Below, one piece after another: positions 1-10,962 of a stretch of DNA of 64,000 nucleotides. The DNA is taken from contig OZ316894.1 in assembly GCA_973895155.1 (NCBI GenBank), positions 14,709,680 through 14,773,679 on the forward strand, given 5' to 3'. The notes under the pieces are model-generated. The model did not search any database and was not told the origin of the DNA. It was given only the letters and a program-made list of their open reading frames with translations. Made by a program: the position numbers and the translations under genes. Each line of letters starts with the position of its first letter. Position 1 is the stretch's first letter. This DNA is from Marsupella aquatica. Lineage: Eukaryota > Plantae > Marchantiophyta.

Positions 1-439
1 TTGGAGAAGTCTACAAACAAGCAAAATAGAGGTAGCTTGAGTCTTTTAGCCCTCTCCTCTAACACTCTAAGGCAAAGCATGTGATCTAGAGTACTAAAAC
101 CTGCCCTAAAACCAGCTTGTGATGATGCTCTTTTCATGTGTTTTTCAACCCAAGTGCTGATACCAAAGAAGATCCACCCCATTGTAGGAGCTCCACTGTG
201 AACCCTTGCAAATCTGCAGCCTTGCCCTTTTGCATTCTAGATAGTTGAGTTTGCACCTCTATATCTGAGAATTGAATAGCTTCCCCAATTTCCAAAGGCA
301 TGGAAGTGGCTTTAGGATAGAAGTAGAGAGATCTCACATAGCTTACCAATGTTTGTTGCTCCAAGCAAGGATCTTCTTTTTTCACCTGAAATCTCTTCCA
401 AAAGCCTTTAGGATTCTCTTGAAGTTCTTGGGAAAGCAC
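1..439 (-). mobile_element. RTEX-like LINE family B fragment (ORF2 pre-RT/RT start), internally deleted, runs off the window
   Basis: Near-identical to ~26587-27200 but lacks ~26740-26917 (junction at ~153, 2-nt microhomology); encodes KGKAADLQGF..ELLQWGG. Confidence 0.85.
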
Positions 440-450
440 ATCTCCCGTAG

Positions 451-560
451 TATGTCAACACAATTTATTTCCTAAAAATATGTTTAGAATAGAATAGACA
501 GCAAAGAGTGAATTCCGGATGAGGGAGCTTGACAAAAAGCTTACAAGCATTACTTAGAAG
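451..560. repeat. Left copy of a ~110-bp target duplication flanking LINE-A (right copy 1435-1551)
   Basis: TATGTCAACACAATTT...CATTACTTAGAAG lies immediately before and after the LINE; the copies differ by a ~7-nt indel and a substitution. Confidence 0.85.
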
Positions 561-1434
561 CAACAGATTGAGGGGCTGCAAAAGCTATTTCTTGAGATGG
601 AGCTTGGGATCAAGTCACAAACCCCATATGCACTTACACTTGCAGAGGCAGGCTTGTTTCCTTTGGAGGTGGAGGCACTCTTCCACACACTCAAATACAT
701 CATGCGTGTAAGAGAGTTGAAGGAAACCAGATTTCCTTTTCATGCCTTGCGCTCATCTTCAGCTAAAGGGTGGTATGCAGATGTGTGCAGGTGGGCCCAT
801 GCTTGGGATTTTCCTGAACATGAATGGCCAACACACCCAACCAAGCTAAGAGCAAAACTTGAGCAAAAGGCTTTGCACAAACTTTGGCATGAACCTAGCC
901 CACGGCAGCAATACTACATGAGAGATGTGAACCCCATGAAGAAATATCGAGAACAAGAATACTTATCTAGCACTATCTCAGTACAACTTAGACAACTTAT
1001 TGCTCAGTATAGACTAAGCTCACACCACCTTGAAGTAGAACAAGGGAGATGGAAGGATATTGACAGGAAAAAGAGGGTTTGTCAACTATGTGATAGCTCT
1101 AGTATAGAGAATGAATATCATGTATTCATTGCTTGCAAGTTTTATGAGGGGGTTAGGATGGCATCTCAAATCTTGGTGAAAGATTTGTATGCATTGTTTG
1201 GTCTGCCCCCTCAGCAACTTGGAAGATATATCTTTGCGGTGGATAGGGAAAGGAGAATAGGTTTGGAAAATCTTTCAGGGCTCTCTAGGTCCATAGTTTC
1301 TTTGAGGACATAGTTGTCCTCTTCTGAGAAATCTCTTTTGGTTGCTCTTTTCTTTGATTGCATTGTACTTTACTTTTTGTGGCAGCTCCTTTGACTTTCA
1401 TGGTCCCGGAGGTTATAATACATTACCATTACCA
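560..1434 (+). mobile_element. 5'-truncated RTEX-like LINE family A (ORF2 C-terminus 597-1313, 3'UTR hairpin, (CATTAC)n tail)
   Basis: YRLSSHHLEVEQGRW..RVCQLC..ENEYHVFIAC zinc motif; almost identical to 51043-51941. Confidence 0.9.
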
Positions 1435-1540
1435 TATGTCAACACAATTTATTTCCTAAAAATATGTTTAGAATAGAATTGGAAAGTGACAGCAAGGAGT
1501 GAATTCCGGATGAGGGAGCTTGACAAAAAGCTTACAAGCA

Positions 1541-2656
1541 TTACTTAGAAGAATCTTTGTTGTCGCTCCCTTCATCAAATTTGTGATCGTCTCCAGTTTG
1601 AGATCCTATAGGAATGAGAGCATCCAACTCTTCTCCCCCTTCCTTTGCATCCTCTTTGTTGTTGGAATCAAAATTGAGTTTTGATCTAAGTTTGTCTCTC
1701 TTCCTCTTCACAACCACATTTGCGGAAGGAGCATTTATTTGAGGAACTTTTGGAGTGAGAAGTTCCAAAAATATCCTTGAGGCTGTTTCAATGAACTCCT
1801 TCCTATTTTCCACCCCAAGAACAAATTGGCCACAATAGTCCCTGGCCACAAAAGTACTCCCAGAACCTACAACCCAATCAAAAACAATATCTCTTGGGCA
1901 TGTAATTAACTTGAGTACTGACTGCATAAATCCAGGATGGAGTCTGGCATTTCCAACAAACTCAAGCTTGGGACTAGTATCCACCTTTGCAAGCGGAAGT
2001 CCTATCAGCAGATTTGTGATGGAGGGATCCTTGGTTTTTGATAGGGGCCTGAACTTTGGGTCCTTGGGGACTTTCACTTTTGAGGAGATTCGAGAAAATA
2101 TATCTAATCGCAAAGTGAATACCTGAAATGAACAACAATAAGGTCAGGTCCACATAAATTTAACAGCGCCAGGCACTAGCAAAAGTATAAGTAATGTTTG
2201 TATATTTACCTGAACATCGGACTTGGCGCGGTACATAGGGAACCCCATCACCACATTATGAGTCGAGAGGCACTGGAATTTCTTTGACTCTTGACACGCT
2301 GCAATGACTTGCAAAATCTGATCATAATCTCCCGTATGGAGGATTGCAATCATTCCATCATTAGCCAAAAAATGATCCATTGCTCGGAAAAAAGATCGAG
2401 CTATGGTGTAGTTAGGAATGTTCCATTTTGGAACTTTCTGGTCAAGCATTGTTGGCTTTGACCCAGTTGGTAGATAAATGAAACCAGCGTCAACACCAAA
2501 AGGCCTCTCCTTCCCACCCCTCACGGCTCCCTTGAGATGGCATCCTGATTTGATGAGGTCTTTAACCCACTTCTTGGCATCAGTAACCCAATCGGGCTTC
2601 TCTTCCTTATTAAAAACACTCACTAGTACATTTTCAGTGTTTTTTTTATGCTCCAA
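1541..2656 (-). CDS. Beta-class N4C/N6A DNA methyltransferase-like protein, two exons (2656-2210, 2122-1541), 5'-truncated
   Basis: Phase-0 intron 2209-2123 (GTAAAT...TTTCAG) joins the two ORFs in frame. C-terminal HPGFMQSVLKLITCPRDIVFDWVVGSGSTFVA...VLGVENRKEF matches motifs X-I-II. N-terminal VDAGFIYLPTG (degenerate DPPY position) and FLANDGMIAIL. Confidence 0.7.
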
Positions 2657-2683
2657 TATCGCGCCTCGTCACTCTTCCAATAC

Positions 2684-2724
2684 TCAAAGTCAAAGTCAAA
2701 TTCTAAGCTCCACGACGACCCAAT
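2684..2724 (-). mobile_element. ~40-bp 3' stub of LINE family B
   Basis: (TCAAAG)2 TCAAATTCTAAGCTCCACGACGACCCAAT is the reverse complement of the family-B 3' end. Confidence 0.85.
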
Positions 2725-2990
2725 ACTAATACCGTCGCACGGTTTCAATATTTTACCTTACGCAATTTGCCATTATTTTTACATCGCATATTATTTGTCC
2801 GATACAAAAGCCATCGGTCCCCATTTCTGTTATTTTTGGCATCAGATGTGTTCCGATGCGGAGAGTATCGGAAATGTCTCTAATAACTTTCAGGAGGGGT
2901 CTGATGCAGATTGAATTGGATATTGCCACAATTGTAAGGCACTATGTTTCCGAATACTTTCCGTTGGTCACTGCATCGGACAGAGTGTGG
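2725..2990. repeat. Cluster of TCCGAT/ATCGGA motifs in both orientations, possible CACTA subterminal region
   Basis: About 7 degenerate copies; begins ACTAATACCG (possibly a clipped CACTA end). Confidence 0.35.
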
Positions 2991-3495
2991 GAAAACTAAC
3001 ATTCATAAGTTTATTAAGAAATGTGTTCACTCTCATAGGAGAGGGTACATGAAATAAAACAATGATATCATATATAATGCCGGTAAAAGTAAACATTCAG
3101 AGGTGGTCCTATCTGATTGGTCCCAAGGTACACTAGCAAGGACCTCAAGGCTCGGGGTCCAAATCTTCAACCCTTGAGTCTTAGCTTTACCATTGCAAGC
3201 ACTTGGCTATGGCAGCACACTCCATGGCACCTCCACACATTTGAGGATTGGCTATGACTCTTTAGATGCTCCCAGCACATCATGGCATGCTGCTGGTTTT
3301 CTTATGTACTACTCACTCTACATGCTACATACGTATTACTCAAGAAGAACTATCTTGACGGGATTACATTCGCCGATGTGGCAATCTGGTGATTGCTTCA
3401 TCCATCAGATTTGATTTTGAGTGATAATTGTAGAGTTCACTGAAGGTGAAAGACGTTCATGAATAGAGGGAGGTCGACTTGTACAAGGACAGGTC

Positions 3496-4376
3496 GATCT
3501 GTTACGTCTCCAGTTTCGCAATTCTGAGCTTGGGGCGAAATTTCACTTCGAGTTGGAAGGGAAATTGGCTGCGGTTTAAGCTCAAACTTTGCCAGAGCAT
3601 TGGAAACAGCGAGAATGAATCACTGGCAAAGTTAGAGCTGCAACCGACATCATTTGGTATGCACTTTAGCATGCGCGATCTGCTACGTCTCCAGTTTCGC
3701 GATTCTGAGCTTGGGGCGAAATTTCACTTCGAGTTGGAAGGGCAATCGGCTGCGGTTTAAGCTTAGACTTTGCCAGAGCATTGGAAACAGCGAGAATCTA
3801 TCACTGGCAAAGTTAGAGCTGCAACCGACATCGTTTGGTATGCACTTTGGCATGCGCGATCTGCTATGTCTCTAGTTTCGCGATTCTGAGCTCGGGGTGA
3901 AATTTCACTTCGAGTTGGAAGGGCAATCGGTTGCGGTTTGAGCTCAGATTTTGCCAGAGCATTGGAAACAACAAGAATGTATCACTGGCAAAGTAAGAGC
4001 TGCAACCGACATCGTTTGATATGCACTTTAGCATGCACGATCTGTTACGTCTCCAGTTTCGCAATTCTGAGCTTGGGGTGAAATTTCACTTCGAGTTGGA
4101 AGGGAAATTGGTTACGGTTTAAGCTCAGACTTTGCCAGAGCATTGGAAATAGCGAGAATGTATCACTGGCAAAGTTAGAGCTGCAACCAACATCGTTTGG
4201 TATGCACTTTAGCATGCACGATCTGCTACGTGTCCAGTTTCGGGATTCTGAGTTTGGGGCGAAATTTCACTTCGAGTTGGAAGGGCAATCGGCTGCGGTT
4301 TGAGCTCAGATTTTGGCAGAGTGTTGCAAACAGCGAGAGTGTATCACTGGCAAAGGTAGAGCTGCAACTGACATCC
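3496..4376 (+). repeat. ~181-bp tandem repeat, ~4.9 units, directly upstream of LINE ORF1
   Basis: GATCTG(T/C)TACGTCTCCAGTTTCG units start at ~3496, 3677, 3858, 4039, 4220. Confidence 0.95.
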
Positions 4377-4440
4377 TCTACTGCTCCCAATTTCTATTTG
4401 TCGTCTAAGAGTACATTCTAACAACAGTTTCAGCTTTGTG

Positions 4441-5211
4441 ATGGCAACGGAGGAGATTGCCCATCTCAAGGCTTTGCTTGAGAAAATCTTAGTTGTGGCT
4501 GAAAACTCCGCAATTGAGATTACCACGCTCAGCAAGGAGGTGACGGAGCTAAAGAATGAGAATGTCAAGCAAAAGAGGTTGATTAGTGATCTTCGATCTC
4601 AAACTCAGGAGAATGGTAAGCAACTCTCATTGCTTGCATCGTGTTTTGGAGACATGGAGAAGAGTATGTGCCCAGAGAAATCAGTGATACATGAGGCTGT
4701 AGGGGAGATTGAGGAGAAGCTCAAAACCTTTGCACAGGCTGCAAAACAATCACATATGGAATTTATCCAAGCCAAGGAGGAGGAGAGGAGAGCACTAGAG
4801 GAAGAACACAAGAACCAGCATGCAAGAGTCAGCAACTGCAAAATATGAGGCCTTGTTGAGGAGGAGAAGGAAGACACCAAGAAGGTAGCAATTTCATTCT
4901 TCCAATCTCAGATGAAAGTGCATGACCCTATCATTTTGCAAGCATATAGGATTGGGCAAAAGAATGGGGACCTTCCACGTCCAATCTTGGTGAAGTTTGC
5001 AGCTGAATCCGAGAAAGCTAGAGTGATGGCTAACAGGAGCATGCTTAAAGGGCTAAGGATTTGGTTGGATGATGATCTGACTCCCACACAAGTCCAAGCA
5101 AGGAAAATTGAGCTTGAGAAGGTGAGGGTAGCCAAAGACCAAGGATTGGTAGCCTACTTGCGCAATGGACAAGCTGTTGTTACCAATAAGAAGAGAGTTG
5201 TTTCTAAATGA
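4441..5211 (+). pseudogene. LINE ORF1 (coiled coil + RRM-like), one internal stop at 4846
   Basis: ORFs 4438-4848 and 4912-5211 are in the same frame; homologous to 28361-29097. Confidence 0.85.
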
Positions 5212-6429
5212 TGGATTGGGACCTTGAGAATCATGGCATGGAATGTTTCAGGACTTTCCATAGAAACAGCAATTGGAGGGGAACCTTTGTTTGAGAATTT
5301 TGACATCTTGCTTTTCACGGAGACTTGGGAATATGAGGGAAATGCTCTACCTAGCATTAAAGGCTTTACTTGCATACAATCCATCTTCAATGAGAAGAAG
5401 ACCACACGGGGAAGAGGGTTTGGAGGCATTGCTGTCTACACCAAGAATCAACTTCAACACATTCTACACCAAGAATCAACTTCAACTTCAAGTCATTCTT
5501 TATGGAGCACCAATTTGGGGAGCAGGTGTGTCTAAATCTGGGTGGCAACAGATTGAGGGGCTGCAAAAGCTATTTCTTGAGATGGAGCTTGGGATCAAGT
5601 CACAAACCCCATATGCACTTACACTTGCAGAGGCAGGCTTGTTTCCTTTGGAGGTGGAGGCACTCTTCCACACACTCAAATACATCATGCGTGTAAGAGA
5701 GTTGGAGGAAACCAGATTTCCTTTTCATGCCTTGCGCTCATCTTTAGCTAAAGGGTGGTATGCAGATGTGTGCAGGTGGGCCCATGCTTGGGATTTTCCT
5801 GAACATGAATGGCCAACACACCCAACCAAGCTAAGAGCAAAACTTGAGCAAAAGGCTTTGCACAAACTTTGGCATGAACCTAGCCCACGGCAGCAATACT
5901 ACATGAGAGATGTGAACCCCATGAAGAAATATTGAGAACAAGAATACTTATCTAGCACTATCTCAGTACAACTTAGACAACTTATTGCTCAGTATAGACT
6001 AAGCTCACACCACCTTGAAGTAGAACAAGGGAGATGGAAGGATATTGACAGGAAAAAGAGGGTTTGTCAACTATGTGATAGCTCTAGTATAGAGAATGAA
6101 TATCATGTATTCATTGCTTGCAAGTTTTATGAGGGGATTAGGATGGTATCTCAAATCTTGGTGAAAGATTTGTATGCATTGTTTGGTCTGCCCCCTCAGC
6201 AACTTGGAAGATATATCTTTGCGGTGGATAGGGAAAGGAGAATAGGTTTGGAAAATCTTTCAGGGCTCTCTAGGTCCATAGTTTCTTTGAGGACATAGTT
6301 GTCCTCTTCTGAGCAATCTCTTTTGGTTGCTCTTTTCTTTGATTGCATTGTACTTTACTTTTTGTGGCAGCTCCTTTGACTTTCATGGTCCCGGAGCTTA
6401 TAATACATTACCATTACCATTACCATTAC

Positions 6430-8600
6430 AACTACATTGGGTCGCTCCTGGACTATGGATCGTGATTGTGGAATATAACTCATGACAATGGACCACTCAG
6501 GATCATTGGGATAGGGAAGATAGAAGGCCTGCTCAAGATGATGGGGGAATACAAATGGATCAGAGGTTCTCCAAGTTGAGCTAATGACACTATTTGCACC
6601 TGTCTTCAACTGTGTGAACCCACAAGCATCTTCTTTGCAAGTTTGGTTTTGGCCAACAAGGTTCATCCAAAACCATTTGCACTTCAACACCACCTCCTCC
6701 AAAGTGGTGTGCGCATGGTACTTCACACTCAATATCTCTTCAATCTTTCTGTAGTGGGCCACCATAGAGCATATTGGGTTCCTATCAGATATGCTACTTT
6801 GTGAATCTTGGGTGAACCAACCCATGACCCCACAATCTTGTGTAGCTGCCCTCTTGTCATCAAGTCGTTGCACACGGAAATGTTTTCCCTTTGACCACAT
6901 GGCTGTCCGAGTTGTCACCGTAAGCGGGACCGTAAGTAATGGTCCATGAACCAAGGTGCGAAGACTGTCTGTAACCAAAGGGAAGTCTGGCACACTCTCC
7001 CCTTGCTCCAACAAGGCATTGATCTCTGTCAACTTTTCCCTCATGTATGGGACAAACTTGGGGAAGTTGCGTGGCCGATGACTATTTGCCTTTTCCTCCT
7101 CATAAAAAAAGTTGTCCAATCTCCCACAATCTCAGGCGAGTTATACAACATAAATGTAGTAAGTTGAAGACGCTCAGTTGAGCCCATAAGTTGTTCTCCC
7201 TTTGCCCCTGTGAGGCAGTCATCCTCAAAGTCTGCTTCCCTTGATGCCTCGTCTATCCAGCCCCTTGGAGCTCTGGGATCAAGTGTAGCTACAATGTTTG
7301 TACAACAAATATGCTCTCTGCTCCATGATGACGCTCAGCAATGCTACCTTCCACACTCGAATGATTTGACACATATGACTTCATCACTCCCATAAACCGC
7401 TCTACCCAGTACATCCAATGACAATGTACCGGCCCTGCAATCGCAACCTCATGCACTAGGTGGAGGCGGAAGTGAACTTGACCATCAAAGAATGAAGGAG
7501 GGAGTGCCCTCTCCAACTTGTACAATACCTCCACTCCAAAAAGGTCCATCGCAACAATCTCATCCTCATTCACCTCTTTCTGACACACCCACCTCAAGAG
7601 CTTACCTAATGACCATAGGGCATCTCGAAGATCCTCACTACCCAATCCAATAATCGCAACTGGAATGACATGTTTGAGTAACCAATGAAAATCATGTGTT
7701 TCAGGTAAGATGGCCATTTTGGAGAATCATCCCCCCCAAATGCCTTATGAAGATTGGCACCATATATAACCTGTGGAAAACCTCATTGACCCTGTACATT
7801 TGCGAAACTCAGTTTGCTCACCTCTGGTCAATACCCAAGAGGGTGAATAGTAAGGGGGGCATTAGGAGGATCCATAGATGGCCAAAACCCATGAGGGCCA
7901 TACATCCCCATCTCTTCACAACTCTCTCTCTCTCTCTCTCTAGTTGTTGTCTTTCTCTCCATATAGATGGCAAATCAATAACCTCCCAACATTCCCCTCA
8001 ATGTGCATAGGGTCAAACAAATGGTTAATTGGCATCTCAGCCCAATATGGCAGCTTTGACATTAATGTAGACAATCAAGTCATGTCACACCGGGCCAACT
8101 GTAATGGATCATCCGGGTCTGTCACTCTATCCCATACATCTTTCCAATAATGTGGATCCCTTGGCACTGGTTGAGGGCGTGTGTCTGGTTGGCCATCATC
8201 TGTGTCGTATAAGAATGGGTCATGCCTCCATTCATGCTCTGGGGGGAGATACTTTGTGTGACCAATGTAAACTATCTTCCGTAGGGTGGTAGACTTTGGG
8301 CACGCCACTCCCTCCAAATCGGGCCCACAAGTTGGGCAAGCTCGGTATCCCAAGACCTGCAACCCAAAGATATATCCAAACCCTACAATGTTCACACCCA
8401 CTGCATACATTAAACAATGGCCAGGGGTCCAATAAATGATAAACCAAGGCATAATTAATATGGGGTGAGGTATATTATCTAGAAATAACAAACCATGCAT
8501 AATTTATATGGGGTGAGGTATATTTCCACATACCTGGAAGATCGTGTATGGTCCACATACAAATGGCTTTCAATTTAAATTCACGAGGTAAACCACCCAT
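6430..8600 (-). pseudogene. CACTA/EnSpm TnpD transposase, 3' half (Transposase_21 end, DUF4218, DUF4216)
   Basis: FKLKAICMWTIHDLP(intron ~8532-8385)GFG..GYRACPTCG; LPPSFFDGQVH..GPVHCHWMYWVERFMG..EGSIAE; TQDCGV..LKCKWF..DPFVFP. Confidence 0.9.
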
Positions 8601-10096
8601 TGTCATCGGGAAAAATGTTTGACAATTGAAGTGGAGTGTGCTGGATCTAGTTGACTTGCTTTGTCCGACTCAGAATGTAGTAGTACTCTGATTGCAAAGA
8701 TAAGGAACAAAGAGAAAACTGAACTTGAGTTGAAGGTTAGTTAGTGAGACAAAAGAGGAATAAAGAGTGGAGAATGAAGCTTAGACTAAAAGTAAATAGG
8801 GCAATTATTGTGGTTGAGACACGTGGCATCCCATGAGCACATCTCATAAGGGTCAGTTTGAAGTGGAGCGCGATACAAGGAGGAACGGGAGGAGAAACGG
8901 CCAAAGGAATAAGGGGCAGTTAGAGGGATTCTCGGGTTGGAATGGAGGTGAAGAGGTTGAATTCGATGAACTGAATGAGGTATGTACTCACGCAAAGGAA
9001 GAAAGAAAGAGGAATGGAATGTCGCGCGCGAGTTTGTGAGTAGGAATTGGGGAAGAACCAATTTCGTTGAATATGTTTGCTGGATTTACCCCGAAGAGTT
9101 TGTGGGAATTAAAGTTCCAAGGAGAAGCCGAGCGCAATTAAGAGAGTCAGGGAGAGGAAAGAAAAGGATTGAACGGAAAGAAGTGCCATGGGAAAAGTGA
9201 GGAACTCGATCAAAGAGCTATGGAGAAAGAGGAGAGTACGTACCGGTGAGCAAGGTGGATGAGGTTAAGGTCCGTGTTGAAAATCAAAGGCCATTGTGAT
9301 GGATGGATGATTTCTTTCAAGAAGATAAGTTGAACGTTGAAACAAGGAAGAGCAGAGACTGGACGTAGAATGGGAAAACAAGAGGGAGCGATACAGGGAA
9401 AGGCTGATTTTTCAGGGATGACACTGAAAGAAGTCTGAGTTCAGGAGAAGTTTGAGAAGAGAAGGGCGTTGTTGTAGTTGATTGTGTGAAGAAAGAGATT
9501 GAGAGTATCGAAGAGTTGAGAAATAAAGGAAAACTGAGAGCTGTTGAGGGAAGTCAAGCGCTATGGTGGACTCAAGCGGTACTTGAGAAGGCTAAAGAGG
9601 ATCTGTGAGTAGTTCACGAAAATGTTTGGGAATTTTGAATGAAGAAGCTAATGAGGATCGGAAGACGAAGGAGTTTCTGAGAACTAAAAGCTGAATTAAG
9701 AGAAAGCTTGAACGGGAACAACAGACTAATGGAAATGAAGAAGAATGAATAAGAGGAACGACTGATTTAAGAGAAAACAAATGGGAACTTGACCGGATCG
9801 CCATGTAAAACACAGGTTTGACTGAAGTTGAGTGAAAAGGATGAAGTGCCTTGGGCTAAGGTTCGTAGATTTGTAATGAGAAGATTGAATTAACTAGTGC
9901 CATGAGGGAAAAGCTAGAAGAAGTTTGGGGAGAAAGTGTTGCACAACAACAAGCAAAGATTGAGAATGAATTACAGGGAGTCGGTATTCTGACAGCCAAG
10001 TTTGGAGGAGGATTCAGTCAAAGCAGACAAGATGTTGTGAACGCGAGCCCAGAGAATGAAAAGGGATAGAATTGAGGAAGGAAGGAAGAGCATCTT

Positions 10097-10425
10097 GGGG
10101 TATTTACAAACCACAGGAAACAACAAACAATACCAGGAAACAAAAACTAGTAACAGGAAAATGAGTGATAATTTTTTTTTGAATTTTTTTTTTTGAATTT
10201 TTTTTGGGGGAAAAAATTGTTTTTTTGTTTTTGCCAAAAACATTTTTTTGCTAGCGCCCGGCGCTGGTAATGCTAGTGCCCAAGCTAGCCAAAAAATGTT
10301 GTCTGCAATTTTGTTTTGGGAAAATTTTGTTTTGACAAAAATTTACTGTTATTTTTTTGGTAACAGTAAATTTTTGCTGATACCAATAAACCTGTTTCCT
10401 GTTTATTGTCACGCATGTCATACCC
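10097..10425. mobile_element. MITE of the GGG/CCTC 8-bp-TSD family
   Basis: Absent at this position in the 3' LTR; TSD AGCATCTT/AGAATCTT; central CTAGCGCCCGGCGCTGG palindrome. Confidence 0.85.
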
Positions 10426-10556
10426 AGAATCTTTGTTCATTTTGCAAAAGATGAAGTTTAGTGAATGAGCTAGAATAGGAACGGCTAGAACTTGGAAGAA
10501 TTTGGAGGAAGGCAAATTCTAGTACTAGAAAAGCAAGAAGTAAGAGCAACATTTTC

Positions 10557-10733
10557 ATGAAAATAATCAGGAAGTTCCGATTGAAAGTATGGGTTATATC
10601 TGGTTTTTTGCATTTGAAGTTTTGGAGATTTGAAGGAACCTACAAGTTGATTATGCTGCATTCTTTTACCGAGTGGAATCCAGTAATTGGTTCAGTGTTT
10701 AAACTAGGGATTGTACGCTGCTGTTTTACTTAG
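10557..10733 (+). CDS. LTR-encoded small ORF-1 (58 aa, MKIIRKFRL...LHSFTEWNPVI..FKLGIVRCCFT)
   Basis: Intact and the same length at 21003-21179 and 33892-33716(-); many synonymous differences versus the diverged LTRs. Confidence 0.5.
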   Translation: MKIIRKFRLKVWVISGFLHLKFWRFEGTYKLIMLHSFTEWNPVIGSVFKLGIVRCCFT

Positions 10734-10776
10734 AAGGAACTAGAAAGAAGAGCTTGATAGAGAGGATTTTGGAGAT

Positions 10777-10962
10777 ATGGTTTTTGAGGTTACCGGCCAT
10801 AGGTTCTTTTTGTTGTGGGACTGGAAACTCGAGGAGAGGAGGAAAAAGGGTCAAGAGGAAGAGTGTAAGAAGAACAACGACATGAAGGAAGCTCGACGGA
10901 GACTAAAATTGTGTTCAAAATGCTTGGGGGAAACCATCGATGAGCTTGAGGCCGAGACCTGA
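10777..10962 (+). CDS. LTR-encoded small ORF-2 (61 aa, FFLLWDWK, charged helix, CxxC)
   Basis: Open in four LTR copies (10777, 21223, 33671-, 42906) with many synonymous changes. Confidence 0.55.
   Translation: MVFEVTGHRFFLLWDWKLEERRKKGQEEECKKNNDMKEARRRLKLCSKCLGETIDELEAET

Larger units (their letters stand above)
3496..6429 (+). mobile_element. Internally deleted RTEX-like LINE: tandem-repeat 5'UTR, ORF1, APE start fused to family-A ORF2 C-terminus, (CATTAC)4 tail
   Basis: ORF1 PRPILVKF..IWLDDDLT; APE LRIMAWNV..LLFTETW..GGIAVY; jumps at ~5490 to sequence matching 50989 onward. Confidence 0.85.

Noticed and set aside
140-165. LINE-B internal deletion as a spliced-out intron
   Set aside because: The deleted segment lacks GT-AG ends on the sense strand; it fits a microhomology-mediated deletion
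3479-4421. ORFs within the 181-bp repeat
   Set aside because: Frames shift between units; artefacts of the repeat
6355-6430. VMVMVM C-terminus of ORF 6355-7119 and GNGNGN end of ORF 13802-14053
   Set aside because: Read-through into LINE (CATTAC)n tails
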